Below are positions 12,943 to 31,151 of a stretch of 64,000 bases of DNA, in pieces. Source of the DNA: Eledone cirrhosa (taxonomy: Eukaryota); the NCBI GenBank assembly GCA_964016885.1, contig OZ024740.1, forward strand, positions 102,672,001 to 102,736,000. Reading direction: 5' to 3'. The notes under the pieces are model-generated. The model ran no database searches. It saw only the letters and a list, made by a program, of their open reading frames with translations, and had not been told where the DNA came from. Numbering within the stretch: position 1 is the stretch's first letter; the number at the start of each line of letters is the position of its first letter. A program made the translations under genes and the position numbers.

Positions 12943-14250
12943 AGATCAAAAGATGGTTAAAGGAGTTCCATGTATTTTATTATGCGCATTTCAAAAACAA
13001 ACATCATCATGCAATAATATTTGTGTTTTCATCAGATAAAACAGGAGGACATGATATGAAGGCTAAAAAACACTTGTGGATAGTGCAGTTTTAAATCAAC
13101 ATATGAAAAGTAATTTTAGATTGATGTGTGATATTGGGAAAAATATTTTATTTAGAGAGGGGGGGGGGGTGGAAAGGATGAAAAAAGGGGAGGAGATGAG
13201 AGTGAAGGTGGAGAGGGAGAGATGGGTGATAGAGAGAAAGAGATAGTTTTTATAACTGAGAAAAGATATATTGTTTTACATAGAGAGGTTGAAAACCGTT
13301 GGAAGATAATGTATAAATTAAAAGAATTTGAAAATTAACGAAGGGAAAAAAAATATGTACGAAGAAGGAGAGGGAGTTAATATGTATTGAGATTAAAAAG
13401 TTTGATGATAGAGAGAAAAAAATAATAATTGCGGATGAATATTCTAACGTCAAAAAAAAAAAAAATTGTGTTTATGTTTACAAGTATTATGGAAATTTGA
13501 AAATTAACGAAGAGAAAAAATTATTAAGGTTTGTGTATTGAAGGATTTGAGAAAAATAATGTGAAATTAAGGTTTGTATATTGTATGTGCCTTTGAGAAA
13601 AGATTCTAAATTGATAAAGAATTGAATATTAGCTGTATACTTTGTGAAAAGTCCTATGGAATTTATGCAAGCAGATAGAAAACAAATCTGTACGTCTATT
13701 TATTATAGAATCTAGATTAGAGATAATGGTAAATTTTTCATTTAGGCAGAGATTACAGATTTTAGATAGAGAGCTGTTCGAGTATGAAGACGCAGAAGAA
13801 ACCTTCTTCCAAAAGATGGTATATTTAATGTTTTTGTCTTTCAAGGACCATATGAGTTCTGAGAGAGCCGTGTTGGTTCTTTTAAGTTTGTATTTAAAAG
13901 ATGAATGATGATTATAGAGACGAGCTTTAAAAGAGGTGGAAGTGGAGCCAAAATAGGTGAAGGAATTGGTGCTAGTTATAACTTTACATTCATAAATTAA
14001 GTTTTTATCAAGACAATGGTTGTTGAGAGGACATTTATTTTTAATGCGGCAGTTGCAATTAGAGAGATTATTAATGAGTGACCTAGTGTTATCTATAGAA
14101 GGAATTGGATTGGAGAAGTTGTTTGCGATAGGAATAATAGTTTCTTGATTTAGAGTTGGATTATGAACATTTAGCGAAGTTGTGTTTGACGTTGTATTTG
14201 GGTTTACATTGTATTTGGGTTTACATTGTACTACAATAAAACTCACCTCC

Positions 14251-14253
<3 letters not shown>
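12935..14253 (-). mobile_element. Penelope-like element family 1, 5'-truncated, with inverted 30-nt pLTR extension at its 5' end
   Basis: ORF 13629-14246: CNCRIKNKCPL, LIYECKV..YFGSTSTSFKARLYNH, CNLCLNEK, ICLH; 14224-14253 equals the reverse complement of 30528-30557. Confidence 0.92.
12973..13043 (-). ncRNA. Type I hammerhead ribozyme, family 1 (sense to the PLE ORF)
   Basis: Minus strand TGTTTTAT-CTGATGA...GAAA-TGCGCA-TA-ATAAAATA. Confidence 0.85.
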
Positions 14254-14332
<79 letters not shown>

Positions 14333-15350
14333 AATGAAGTAATTCCGCGGGAAAAGTCCAGGAAAAAAGAGTGCTCTATGTAGGTAACAGAGCTTAATTA
14401 TTATTATGTAATAAACAACATAAGGCAATTATTCCATTTACCAGTGGTTTCTTAAAAGCAAAAGATTTTGCTTTCAATCCTCAGAATGAAAAAATCCTGG
14501 TGTGTTTATTGAATTTGGATTTTAAAAACAAAAATGCAATCTATATGAAAGTGAGGCTGGAGAAGGAAGAAGGAAAGGAAAAATAAAATAAAACTACACA
14601 TGCAAACACACACACAAAGACACAAAAACATACATACACACATATATATATATATATATACATATACACATATATATACATACATATATATACACATACA
14701 CATACATACACATATACACATACATACACTCATATATACACACACACACACATATACACACATATATATACATATATATACACACATACATACATATATA
14801 TATGTGTGTACAAGCATACACATACACAAACATAGCCATACACACACACATATACATACATACATTCACACAATCATACATATATACACACGTACATACA
14901 TACACATACATAAATGCACTCCTCTACATATTCACACACGCAAATAAATATAAGAAAAAAAAAAATATATATATATATATTAAAATTTTTTGACACCGAT
15001 ACAGAAGGCAGCTAACTGGACAGACACGCGTGGTAAGTAATACACACAAATGCACGTATACATACGTACGAAATAGTAAATACATACACACACTCTCACA
15101 CATAAATATACATATACAAATACATAAACACATACATACACAAACACGCACACGTATACAATATATACACACACATATGTATATGTAATTATATACACAT
15201 ACATATATATATATACATAAATATAAACATACACACACACACATATATGTCTACATACACACACATATACATACATAGCTATACAATTATACACATACAA
15301 ATACGTACATATCATAAACACACACACACATACATATATATATATACACA
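14333..15350 (-). mobile_element. PLE 3' UTR/pLTR family 5 (related to family 3), (TG/TA)-rich
   Basis: GAGTGCTCTATGTA.GTA.CAGAGC shared with 56068-56091; hammerhead present; similar microsatellite-rich UTR. Confidence 0.65.
14432..14491 (-). ncRNA. Type I hammerhead ribozyme, family 5
   Basis: Minus strand TTTCATT-CTGAGGA-TTGAAAGCAAAA/TTTTGCTTTTAA-GAAA-CC(ACT)GG-TA-AATGGAA. Confidence 0.85.
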
Positions 15351-15365
15351 CATATATATATATAT

Positions 15366-15407
<42 letters not shown>

Positions 15408-15481
15408 TATACAATATATATATCTATATATATACATATATATATATATACAATATATATATCTATATATATATATATATA

Positions 15482-15717
15482 TATATTCGTCATCTCCTTC
15501 ACTAACTGATTATAATTGTCATTTGTGTTTTCCAATCCAGATATATTTTTCATTTTTATTTTTATTTTTTTAGTTTTGCGCAGCCAATCTTACAATTTTA
15601 TATTTGTACTTACTTATCCACAAGTTTTTTACACCCTGTATCAATATGGCTGAACGCCTTAATGTGTGTATACTTTCTATATATGTACATGAGCGACTAC
15701 ATATGTGCGCGCGCGTG

Positions 15718-15806
<89 letters not shown>

Positions 15807-16657
15807 ATATATGTGTGTGTGTGTATGTATATATTGTGCGTATGTGTAAGTGTCTTTATATCCGTGTTTTGACATCTAGGTTTTATGTTTTTGTTCCTTT
15901 TTTCTCCCCCCCCCCCTTTTTTTTTTACTTACTCATTTTTATGCGTGTGCATGCAAACAGGTCAATATGCGTGAGTGTAAGTATGTGTGTGTGTGTGTGT
16001 GTGTATGTACGTATCGAACGTATGGATGTGTAAGTGTGCGTGTGTATATAAGCATGTATATTTTTGCGTTTCTTTTGTGAGATATGCGTGTCTGTATGTA
16101 TGTACCCTTTTTTGTCTTCTTTTCTTTAATTTTTTCTTTCTAAAAATTTTTTTTTTTTTTTTTTTCTTTCTAATTTATTGTTCCATTTTTATAAATATAT
16201 CGAGATTGATACTTTCCTTTAATTATTACACTCCCTTACCTCTTTTACTTCCGCATCTAAGTGTACGTGTGTGTAGGTGTGTTTATGCGCGCGCCTTCAT
16301 ATTCATATTCTTATGATGTATCTATTCTGTCTGTAGATTACAGACATACAGATACATTTGCCCTAAATTTTATATTTACGCACACTTTTTCACTATACGT
16401 ATACATATGTGCATATCTGTGAGCGTATATACATACATATACACACACCTAACTATATTTCTTGATAGATTTTTATATATTTCAATTTCTAATTCATTTG
16501 TCTATATTTTTTTTGATTTTCTTGGTGAGACTTTCCAAGTATTTACCCATGTTTTATATTGCCTCGTCTGACGAACGAATGAAGACGTTTCTTTCGTATT
16601 CGCCTCATTCGGGAAACCTCTGGTAATCAGGTAATTATATTGTATTGATTTTTATAC

Positions 16658-16660
<3 letters not shown>
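15482..16660 (+). mobile_element. PLE family 3, 3' UTR/pLTR
   Basis: Colinear with 57100-58297, which lies downstream of GIY-YIG ORF 56307-56917. Confidence 0.85.
16558..16635 (+). ncRNA. Type I hammerhead ribozyme, family 3
   Basis: ATTGCCTCGT-CTGACGA-A-CGAATGA/TCATTCG-G-GAAA-CC(TCT)GG-TA-ATCAGGTAAT; A.G mismatch at the base of stem II. Confidence 0.75.
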
Positions 16661-16719
<59 letters not shown>

Positions 16720-16813
16720 ATATATATATATATAAATACAATATATATATACAATATATATATATATACAATATATATATATATATATATATAAATACAA
16801 TATATATATATAT

Positions 16814-16861
<48 letters not shown>

Positions 16862-16880
16862 CAATATATATATATATACA

Positions 16881-16929
<49 letters not shown>

Positions 16930-16947
16930 CAATATATATATATATAT

Positions 16948-17000
<53 letters not shown>

Positions 17001-17005
<5 letters not shown>

Positions 17006-17608
17006 AAAGTTCTATTTAAAGTTGTTGGGATACGTAAATATTTTTATAACTGATATAAAGCAGTCGACAAGTTTTTGGAGTAGATATACGATATTAATAA
17101 ATGGAAACTATATTTATAAAACCATATTTATTTCATTATACATATACTATATAGTATTTCTCTCTCTTGAGTTTTTCTATCTGTATGATGACTTGATATC
17201 TCTCTGTTGCTTTCCTTTGTTTTTCTTATTTCTTCCTTTTTTCTTTCTTTTTTATTTCCTCCTATCTTTATTTATCTCTTTCTTTTCTCCATACATTTCT
17301 CTCTCTCTCCGATATTTCTCCAGGTTTTCTTTCTCTCTCTCCGCCTTTTTTCTTTTTTCTTTCTCTCCGTCTTTTTCTAATTGTGCTTAACACTATGACT
17401 TATTAAAATAATATAAACAAATCACTATCCAGACAGCCTCCAAAAGTAATGGTTGCATTTTAAAAGGGTACGTCAAAGCTATTTGTAAAACTGTTATATA
17501 TTGTATTTTGTCTGATGAAGGCATACCATAATTTAATGTGGTATCCTTGAAATATGTATAATGAAATAAATATGGTTTTATAAATATAGTTTCCATTTAT
17601 TAATATCG

Positions 17609-17610
<2 letters not shown>
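17001..17610. mobile_element. Non-coding fold-back PLE family 2 element (inverted pLTRs)
   Basis: 17087-17144 is inverted relative to 17553-17610; left arm has a ~85-nt extension; flanked by (TA)n. Confidence 0.8.
17504..17568 (+). ncRNA. Type I hammerhead ribozyme, family 2
   Basis: TATTTTGT-CTGATGA-AGG.ATACCAT/GTGGTAT.CTT-GAAA-TATGTA-TA-ATGAAATA. Confidence 0.82.
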
Positions 17611-19587
<1,977 letters not shown>

Positions 19588-21954
19588 TCATCATCATCAA
19601 CATTTAACGTCCGTGTTCCACGCTTGCATGGTTTTTGACGTGGGTTTTCCCACTTGAGGCAAGAGTGATTGTCTTGCTCGCATAGGACTGTCTGGCGGGT
19701 TTTCTACAGTTGGATGCCCTTCCTAACACCAACCACATTTACAGTGTGGGGCTGGGAGGTTTTTACCGTGTTGCCTACACGGCCACATTACAGCGTGGAC
19801 TGTGTGTTTTTTGTCGTGACACCTACACGATCTCATTTGTTTCGGCCTGGATGTTGTGGCACCAACATAACTTTACATTGAAAGGGGTGGTGTGGATGGG
19901 GTGGGGGTGGTGGGACGGGGGTGTATTTTGTTAGAGATGCCTACTGGCTGTAGTAGGTTTTACTTTGTATTTAGGTAAGGCGGGTCTTCTCTATTACTGA
20001 GTACCGCCAAAGGTCTCGGTCCAGTGACATTGTCTTGGAGAGGTGTAAGTGTGTGAGGTCGGAATTTATCAGCTCGTCCCAGGTTTTTCTGGGTCTGCCT
20101 ACTCCGTGGCTACCGTCTATCTTTATTGCCCTGCACTTTGTTATACAGCTGTCGTCTTTCATGCGCATCACGTGACCGTACCAACGTAGCCTTCTCTCGA
20201 GTAAACAACATCTGATCCCTCTTATTTCTAATTTTTTCCTTAGTTCGTTTATGCTTTGCCGTTCACGTATATTACTATTGCACATCCAGCGGAGCATGCA
20301 AGCTTCGTTCCTCTCTAGTCTGCGTATATCCTCTGCACACAATGCCCAGGTCTCACTGCCATGCAACATTGCTGTTCGTATGCAGGCATCGTACAACCTG
20401 CCTTTCCTTTTTAGGGAGAACCCTTTAGCGGCTAATAGTGGTATAAGCTCTCTGAACTTTTTCCATCCAGTTCTGACTCTAGCTACTATACTTTCAGAGC
20501 ACCCTCCCCCACTGCTGATTTTGTCACCCAGGTAACGGAAGCTGTCCACTATTTCTATAGAACCCTCTGCGCAGTTGAAAGAGCTAGTATTTTGTGGGCA
20601 CTTTCTGCTACTTATTGCACCAGAGCACCGGCCACATGTAAAATCGATGTTCTTAGTTAGCTTACCTGTGATCCCACTACATCTTTTATGCACCCATACT
20701 TTGCATTTGGGACATAAAATGGAGTTTCTACCTACGCCTTTCCTACACACTAAGCATGGCCATTTCCCGGAAGGGACCGCCGCCTTATTTTCTTTCTTAC
20801 AAACTAGAACCTTAGTCTTAGCCAGGTTAATTTTAAGGCCTTTTGATTCTAGGCCGTGCTTCCATGTTTGGAATTTCTTCTCTAGCTCGGCCATTGATTC
20901 AGCTATGAGTGTTAGGTCATCTGCGTATAGGAGTTCCCATGGGCAGCCGGTCTTGAACTCCTCTGTTATAGCCTGAAGGGCAATAATAAATATTAGGGGG
21001 CTAAGAATAGAGCCCTGATGGACACCAACTTTTACGCTAAACTCTTCACTATATTCGTTGTTAATTCTAACCTTGCTGACTGTTTCTTTATACATGGCTT
21101 GTATAGTTCTCACAAGCCATTCGTCAACACCTAGTTTTCTAAGAGCCCACCAGATAATGGAACGGGGGACTCTGTCGAAGGCTTTCTCCAAGTCGACAAA
21201 AGCTAAGTATAGGGGTTTACTTTTAGCTAGGTACTTCTCCTGTAGTTGTCGTACAATGAAAAGAGCGTCTGTGGTACTTTTGCCTGACACAAACCCTGCA
21301 TTTCATCTAGATCAATTCTCTCTCTGATTAGTTGCGCTATTACTTTTTCCGTGACCTTCATGACCTGGTCGATTAATTTAATGCCTCTATAGTTACTCCT
21401 ATCTAGGGCATCTCCTTTACCCTTATAACAGTTAACGATGATGCTGCTACGCCAGTCCTTCGGAACAACCCCATTCAGTACGACTTGGTTAACTATCCGG
21501 GTGACCATGGTGTGTCCCACCGTTCCAGATGCCTTCAGCATCTCAGCAACTATTTCCGAAGGCCCAGCCGCCTTACCCGTCTTCATATCTTGGATTGCCT
21601 TACTTATTATACTACCCTTGACTAACACTGCTGGTCCCTCTATTGGGTCGATGTGGGGGAGACTGTCTTTCTCCCATTTATTCTCCTCATTTAGTAGCCT
21701 TTCGTAGTGACACTTCCAAGCTACCTTCTTATCAGCGTCAGTGATGGCAAGTACGCCGTCATCATTAAGTACACACTTCTCCCCGACAATATCACGGTTT
21801 TCCTTGACACATTGCCTAGCAATCCTGAACACCTCACGTTATAGAACATGCTTGAACTTTCTTTCCTCTGCTTCCCTTCTTGCGAAGTACACTTGACTCC
21901 TAGCTTCCCTCCTGGCCACTTGATAGTCTTCTCTGCTATCAAGTGGCCAGGAGG

Positions 21955-21956
<2 letters not shown>
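19588..21956 (-). mobile_element. RTE family B, 5'-truncated
   Basis: ORFs 21227-21832 and 19971-21290 (RT, PHD-like finger, thumb), 3' UTR and (GAT)n tail. Confidence 0.97.
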
Positions 21957-22034
<78 letters not shown>

Positions 22035-22264
22035 ATATATATACAATATATATATACATATATATATACATATATATATACATATATACATATATATATA
22101 CATATATATATACATATATACATATATATATACATATATATATACATATATATATACATATATACATATATATATACATATATATATACATATATACATA
22201 TATATATACATATATACACATATATATATATATATATACAATATATATATACATATATATATAC

Positions 22265-22297
<33 letters not shown>

Positions 22298-22398
22298 CAA
22301 TATATATATACATATATATATACATATATACATATATATATACATATATATACATATATATATATATATACAATATATATATATACATATATATATAC

Positions 22399-22499
<101 letters not shown>

Positions 22500-22514
22500 A
22501 TATATATATATATA

Positions 22515-22795
22515 TCATCATTCCATTTTACGTCCACTTTTCCCTGCTTGCAAGGGTGGGACGGGAACTGATGCTGGCTTGATTTCTACAGCTGGATGCC
22601 CTTCCTAACACCAACCTCATTTACAGTGAGTGCTGTGTGCTTTTTTGCCGTGGCACCTCCACGACCACTTCAGTCCCTATCATCTCATTTCTACAGCTGA
22701 GTAAACTGGAGCAATGTGAAATAAAGTGTCTTGCTCAAGGAAACAACACATCACCCAGTCACCCAATGCTCTAACCACTAAGCCATGTGCCTCCA
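22515..22795 (-). mobile_element. RTE-partner tRNA-SINE with B-box region deleted
   Basis: Reverse complement starts GGAGGCACATGGCTTAGTGGTTAGAGC; body and tail match 53334-53672. Confidence 0.92.
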
Positions 22796-22808
22796 TGTAT
22801 ATATATAT

Positions 22809-22848
<40 letters not shown>

Positions 22849-22870
22849 ATATATATATATATATATATAT

Positions 22871-22936
<66 letters not shown>

Positions 22937-22940
<4 letters not shown>

Positions 22941-24240
22941 AATGGAGGAGTTTAAGACCGGATGCCCATGGGAACTCCTGTATGCTGATGACCTCGCACT
23001 CATAGCTGAATCTATGGTAGAACTAGAGAATAAATTCCAAACCTGGAAGCAGGGACTAGAGAGAAAGGGCCTCAAAGTCAACATGACAAAGACTAAGGTC
23101 CTTGTAAGTAGACGAGAAAACAGAACCCAGATCCCCTCAGGGAAATGGCCTTGCTCAGTATGTAGGAAAGGTGTAGGTAGGAACTCCATTCTCTGCCCCA
23201 AATGCAAACAATGGGTACACAAGAGATGTAGCGGGATCTCAGGAAGCTTAATTAAGAATGTAGGATTCACATGCAGCAGCTGTGCTGAAACAGCAAGCAA
23301 ACAGCCACAGGAAACAAGTACCACCAATCTCTGGAAGGGCCCTGTAGAAACAGTAGACAGCTTCTGCTACCTAGGTGACCGAATTAGCAACGGAGGTGGG
23401 TGCTCAGAAAGTACAATAACTAGGGTAAGAACGGGATGGAAGAAGTTTAGGGAACTACTACCACTGCTAGCTGCAAAAGGCTTCTCCCTCAGAATGAAAG
23501 GCAGACTGTATGATGCGTGTATCCGAACAGCGATGTTGCATGGTAGTGAGACCTGGGCGCTGAAGGTGGAAGACTTACGTAGATTAGAGAGAAACGAAGC
23601 CTGCATGCTCCGATGGATGTGTAACAGTAATATACGTGAACGACAAAGCATAAAGGAATTGAGAGAGAGACTGAGCATAAGAGGAATCAAATGCTGCGTG
23701 CAGGAGAGGCGGTTATGCTGGTATGGACATGTGATGCGTATGAAGGATGACAGCTGCATAAAAAGGTGCAGAGCACTAGAAGTTGATGGAAACTGCGGAG
23801 TGGGGAGACCCAAGATGACTTGGGATGAGGTGATAAAAGCCGACCTTACCCAACTACACCTCTCAAAGACAATGACACACGACCGTGACTTCTGGCGTCA
23901 CGCAGTAATACAGAGTACCCGACCTCCCATGGGTACATGCTGAAGCATATAAACAATATGCCCCCACTCCCCCCACCGCAAGGTGGTCGTGGAGGTGCCA
24001 CGGCAAAAAAGCACCCAGCCCACACTGTAAAGTGGACGTGTAGGCACCACGAAAAAGCACCCAGCACTCACTGTAAATGAGGTTGGTGTTAGGAAGGGCA
24101 TCCAGCTGTAGAAATCAAGCCAGATCAGTTCCTGTATGAGCAAGGCATGGTCAGCCGACCAGACACTGCCCACAACAGGACAACCCGTCTAACCCATGCT
24201 AGCGTGGAAGAACGGACGTAAAACGGTGATGATGATGATG
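22937..24240 (+). mobile_element. RTE family C, 5'-truncated
   Basis: [19 protein letters not shown]-like finger, CWYGHVMR, stop at 23943, distinct 3' UTR and (GAT)n tail. Confidence 0.96.
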
Positions 24241-27829
<3,589 letters not shown>

Positions 27830-28255
27830 ATAAGTTTTTGTGCTTTGACGCAATTATTTTGAAGTATATTTTACATATATTACCGTTTTGAACATGTTTA
27901 TTTTCACTGTATGATTCATTCATAGGAGACAACACACACACGTGCTTTCTATTTTTGTTTGTCTACCATACAGAGCATTTTGGTTTAACTTAAGCAGATC
28001 TTGTATTAATTTTGATTTTTCTGAGTAACATAATTTGATTTGATATAATCTTGTTTGATTTTGTATAATCTTATCTGTATTTGACCCGATTTCGTTGTTT
28101 CTTATATGATATGCTGATATTGCAATAACTTCGTGTATTTGTAAACAGACATTTACATCGTGTTTCTATATCTCTATGTTTCCGGTTTCTTCCATTCATT
28201 AATTTAAATTTAAAAATTTATTTTTGTATTTGTGAACTGCTGTTGCTCACGTTCT

Positions 28256-30069
28256 CTCTGCCCTGCACTTTGTTATACAGCTGTCGTCTTTCATGCGCAT
28301 CACGTGACCATACCAACGTAGCCTTCTCTCGAGTAAACAACATCTGATCCCTCTTATTTCTAATTTTTTCCTTAGTTCGTTTATGCTTTGCCGTTCGCGC
28401 ATATTACTATTACACATCCAGCGGAGCATGCAAGCTTCGTTCCTCTCTAGTCTGCGTATATCCTCTGCACACAATGCCCAGGCCTCACTGCCATGCAACA
28501 TTGCTGTTCGTATGCAGGCATCATACAACCTGCCTTTCATTTTTAGGGAGAACCCTTTAGCGGCTAATAGTGGTATAAGCTCTCTGAACTTTTTCCATCC
28601 AGTTCTGATTCTAGCTACTGTACTTTCAGAGCACCCTCCCCCACTGCTGATTTTGCCACCCAGGTAACGGAAGCTGTCCACTATTTCTAAAGAACCCTCT
28701 GCGCAGTTGAAAGAGCTAGTATTTTGTGGGCACTTGCTGCTACTTATTGCACCAGAGCACCGGCCACATGTAAAATCTGTGTTCTTAGTTAGCTTACCTG
28801 TGATCCCACTACATCTTTTATGCACCCATACTTTGCATTTGGGACATAAAATGGAGTTTCTACCTACGCCTTTCCTACACACTGAGCATGGCCATTTCCC
28901 GGAAGGGACCGGCGCCTTATTTTCTTTCCTACAAACTAGAACTTTAGTCTTAGCCATGTTAATTTTAAGGCCTTTTGATTCTAGGCCGTGCTTCCATGTT
29001 TGGAATTTCTTCTCTAGCTCGGCCATTGATTCACCTATGAGCGTTAGGTCATCTGCGTATAGGAGTTCCCATGGGCAGCCGATCTTGAACTCCTCTGTTA
29101 TAGCCTGAAGCGCAATAATGAATAGTAGGGGGCTAAGAACAGAGCCCTGATGGACACCAACTTTTACGCTAAACTCTTCACTATATTCGTTGTTAATTCT
29201 AACCTTGCTCACTGTTTCTTTATACATGGCTTGTATAGCTCTCACAAGCCATTCGTCAACACCTAGTTTTCTAAGAGCCCACCAGATAATGGAACGGGGG
29301 ACTCTGTCGAAGGCTTTCTCCAAGTCGACAAAGGCTAAGTATAGGGGTTTACTTTTAGCTAGGTACTTCTCCTGTAGTTGTCGTACAATGAAAAGAGCGT
29401 CTGTGGTACTTTTGCCTGACACAAACCCCGAACTTGCATTTCATCTAGATCGATTCTCTCTCTGATTAGTTGCACTATTACTATATATATATCGATAGCT
29501 GTAATACAAAAGTGCAGGGGGCAATAAAGATAGACGGTAGCCACGGAATAGGCAGACCTAGAAAAACCTGGGACGAGCTGATAAACACCGACCTCACACA
29601 CTAACACCTCTCCAAGACAATGTCACTGGACCGAGACCTTTGGCGGTACTCAGTAATAGAGAAGACCCGCCTTACCTAAATACATAGTAAAACCTACTAC
29701 AGTCAGTAGGCATCTCTAACAAAATACACCCCCGTCCCACCACCCCCACCCCATCCACACCGCCCCCTTCTATGTAAAGTTATGTTGGTGCCACACCATC
29801 CAGGCCGGAAACAAATGAGATCGTGTAGGTGTCACGACACAAAAAAACACACAGTCCACGCTGTAATGTGGCCGTGTAGGCAACACGGTAAAAAACCTCC
29901 CAAGACCCACACTGTAAATGTGGTTGGTGTTAGGAAGGGCATCCAACTGTAGAAAACTGCCAGACAGTCCTTATGCGAGCAAGACAATCACTCTTGCCTC
30001 AAGTGGAAAAACTCCCGTCCAAACCCATGCAAGCGTGGAACACGGACGTTAAACGTTGATGATGATGAT
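28256..30069. mobile_element. RTE family B with 5' inversion (minus 28256-29480, plus 29493-30069)
   Basis: Minus ORF ends at DSCITKCRA; the plus part resumes at the same region and runs to the tail. Confidence 0.92.
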
Positions 30070-30146
30070 TAGATGATGATATATATATATATACATTATA
30101 TATATATATGTATATATACAATATATATATATATAGTACTATATAT

Positions 30147-30351
30147 AACGAAGGAAATGTGGTAAGGAACCAGGTGGACCATAACGCACCAAAGTACTCA
30201 ATACTTGAGGTAGTAGAAGAGTGGGTAATAGGAACCAGTAAGACCCCGCCAGCTGAGCTCAAGCCGTTTCGACGGCTAATTCTGGACCTCAATATCAGTC
30301 TCAGAATTAGCCGTCGAAACGGCTTGAGCTCAGCTGTTGGGGTCTTAGTGG

Positions 30352-30355
<4 letters not shown>
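30147..30355. mobile_element. Small fold-back element (probable PLE pLTR family 6)
   Basis: Arms 30232-30283 and 30302-30354 inverted; left ~85-nt extension; related to 8190-8237. Confidence 0.7.
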
Positions 30356-30389
<34 letters not shown>

Positions 30390-30436
30390 ATATGTATATA
30401 TATATATAATATATACAATATATGTATATATAATAG

Positions 30437-30474
<38 letters not shown>

Positions 30475-30654
30475 ACAATATATATATAACAATATATATA
30501 TATACAATATTAATATATACAATATAATGTAGGAGGTGAGTTTTATTGTAGTACAATAAAGCAATGCAGATATCGGATAAGAAGCACTCTACAATTTGTA
30601 GGACTGGAGTATACATAATATATAAGATCAAAAGATGGTTAAAAGAGTTCCATG

Positions 30655-30727
30655 TATTTTATTATGCGCATTTCAAAAACAAATATCATCATGCAATAAC
30701 ATTTGTGTTTTCTCATCAGATAAAATA
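30655..30727 (-). ncRNA. Type I hammerhead ribozyme, family 1
   Basis: Intact CTGATGA and GAAA cores; helix I TATTTTAT/ATAAAATA. Confidence 0.85.
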
Positions 30728-30846
30728 GGAAGACATGATATGAAGGTTAAAAAACACTTGTGAATAGTGCAGTTTTAAATCAACATATGTTGATTTAAAA
30801 CTGCACTATTCACAAGTGTTTTTTTAACCTTCATATCATGTCTTCC

Positions 30847-30917
30847 TATTTTATCTGATAAAAACACAAATGTTATTGCATGATGATATTTGTTTTTGAA
30901 ATGCGCATAATAAAATA
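30847..30917 (+). ncRNA. Hammerhead family 1 with mutated core (CTGATAA), probably inactive
   Basis: G8 lost; remainder intact. Confidence 0.7.
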
Positions 30918-31151
30918 CATGGAACTTTTTTAACCATCTTTTGATCTTATATATTAATACAATATATATATATATATATACAATATATATATATATATAT
31001 ATACAATATATATATATATACAATATATATATATATATATATATATACAATATATATATATATATATACAATATATATATATATATATATACAATATATA
31101 TATATATACCAATATATATATATATATATATACAATAAAATATATAATATA

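Larger units (their letters stand above)
30528..30956. mobile_element. Fold-back PLE family 1 element: palindrome centred at ~30786 with a ~88-nt left extension
   Basis: 30616-30786 is the reverse complement of 30787-30956; each arm has a hammerhead. Confidence 0.92.

Noticed and set aside
20251-21707. Recurrent antisense ORFs (MLCRSRILL.., MKELVFCGH.., MSCSHRTVW..)
   Set aside because: Shadow frames of repeated RTE copies and their UTRs; recurrence reflects copy number only.
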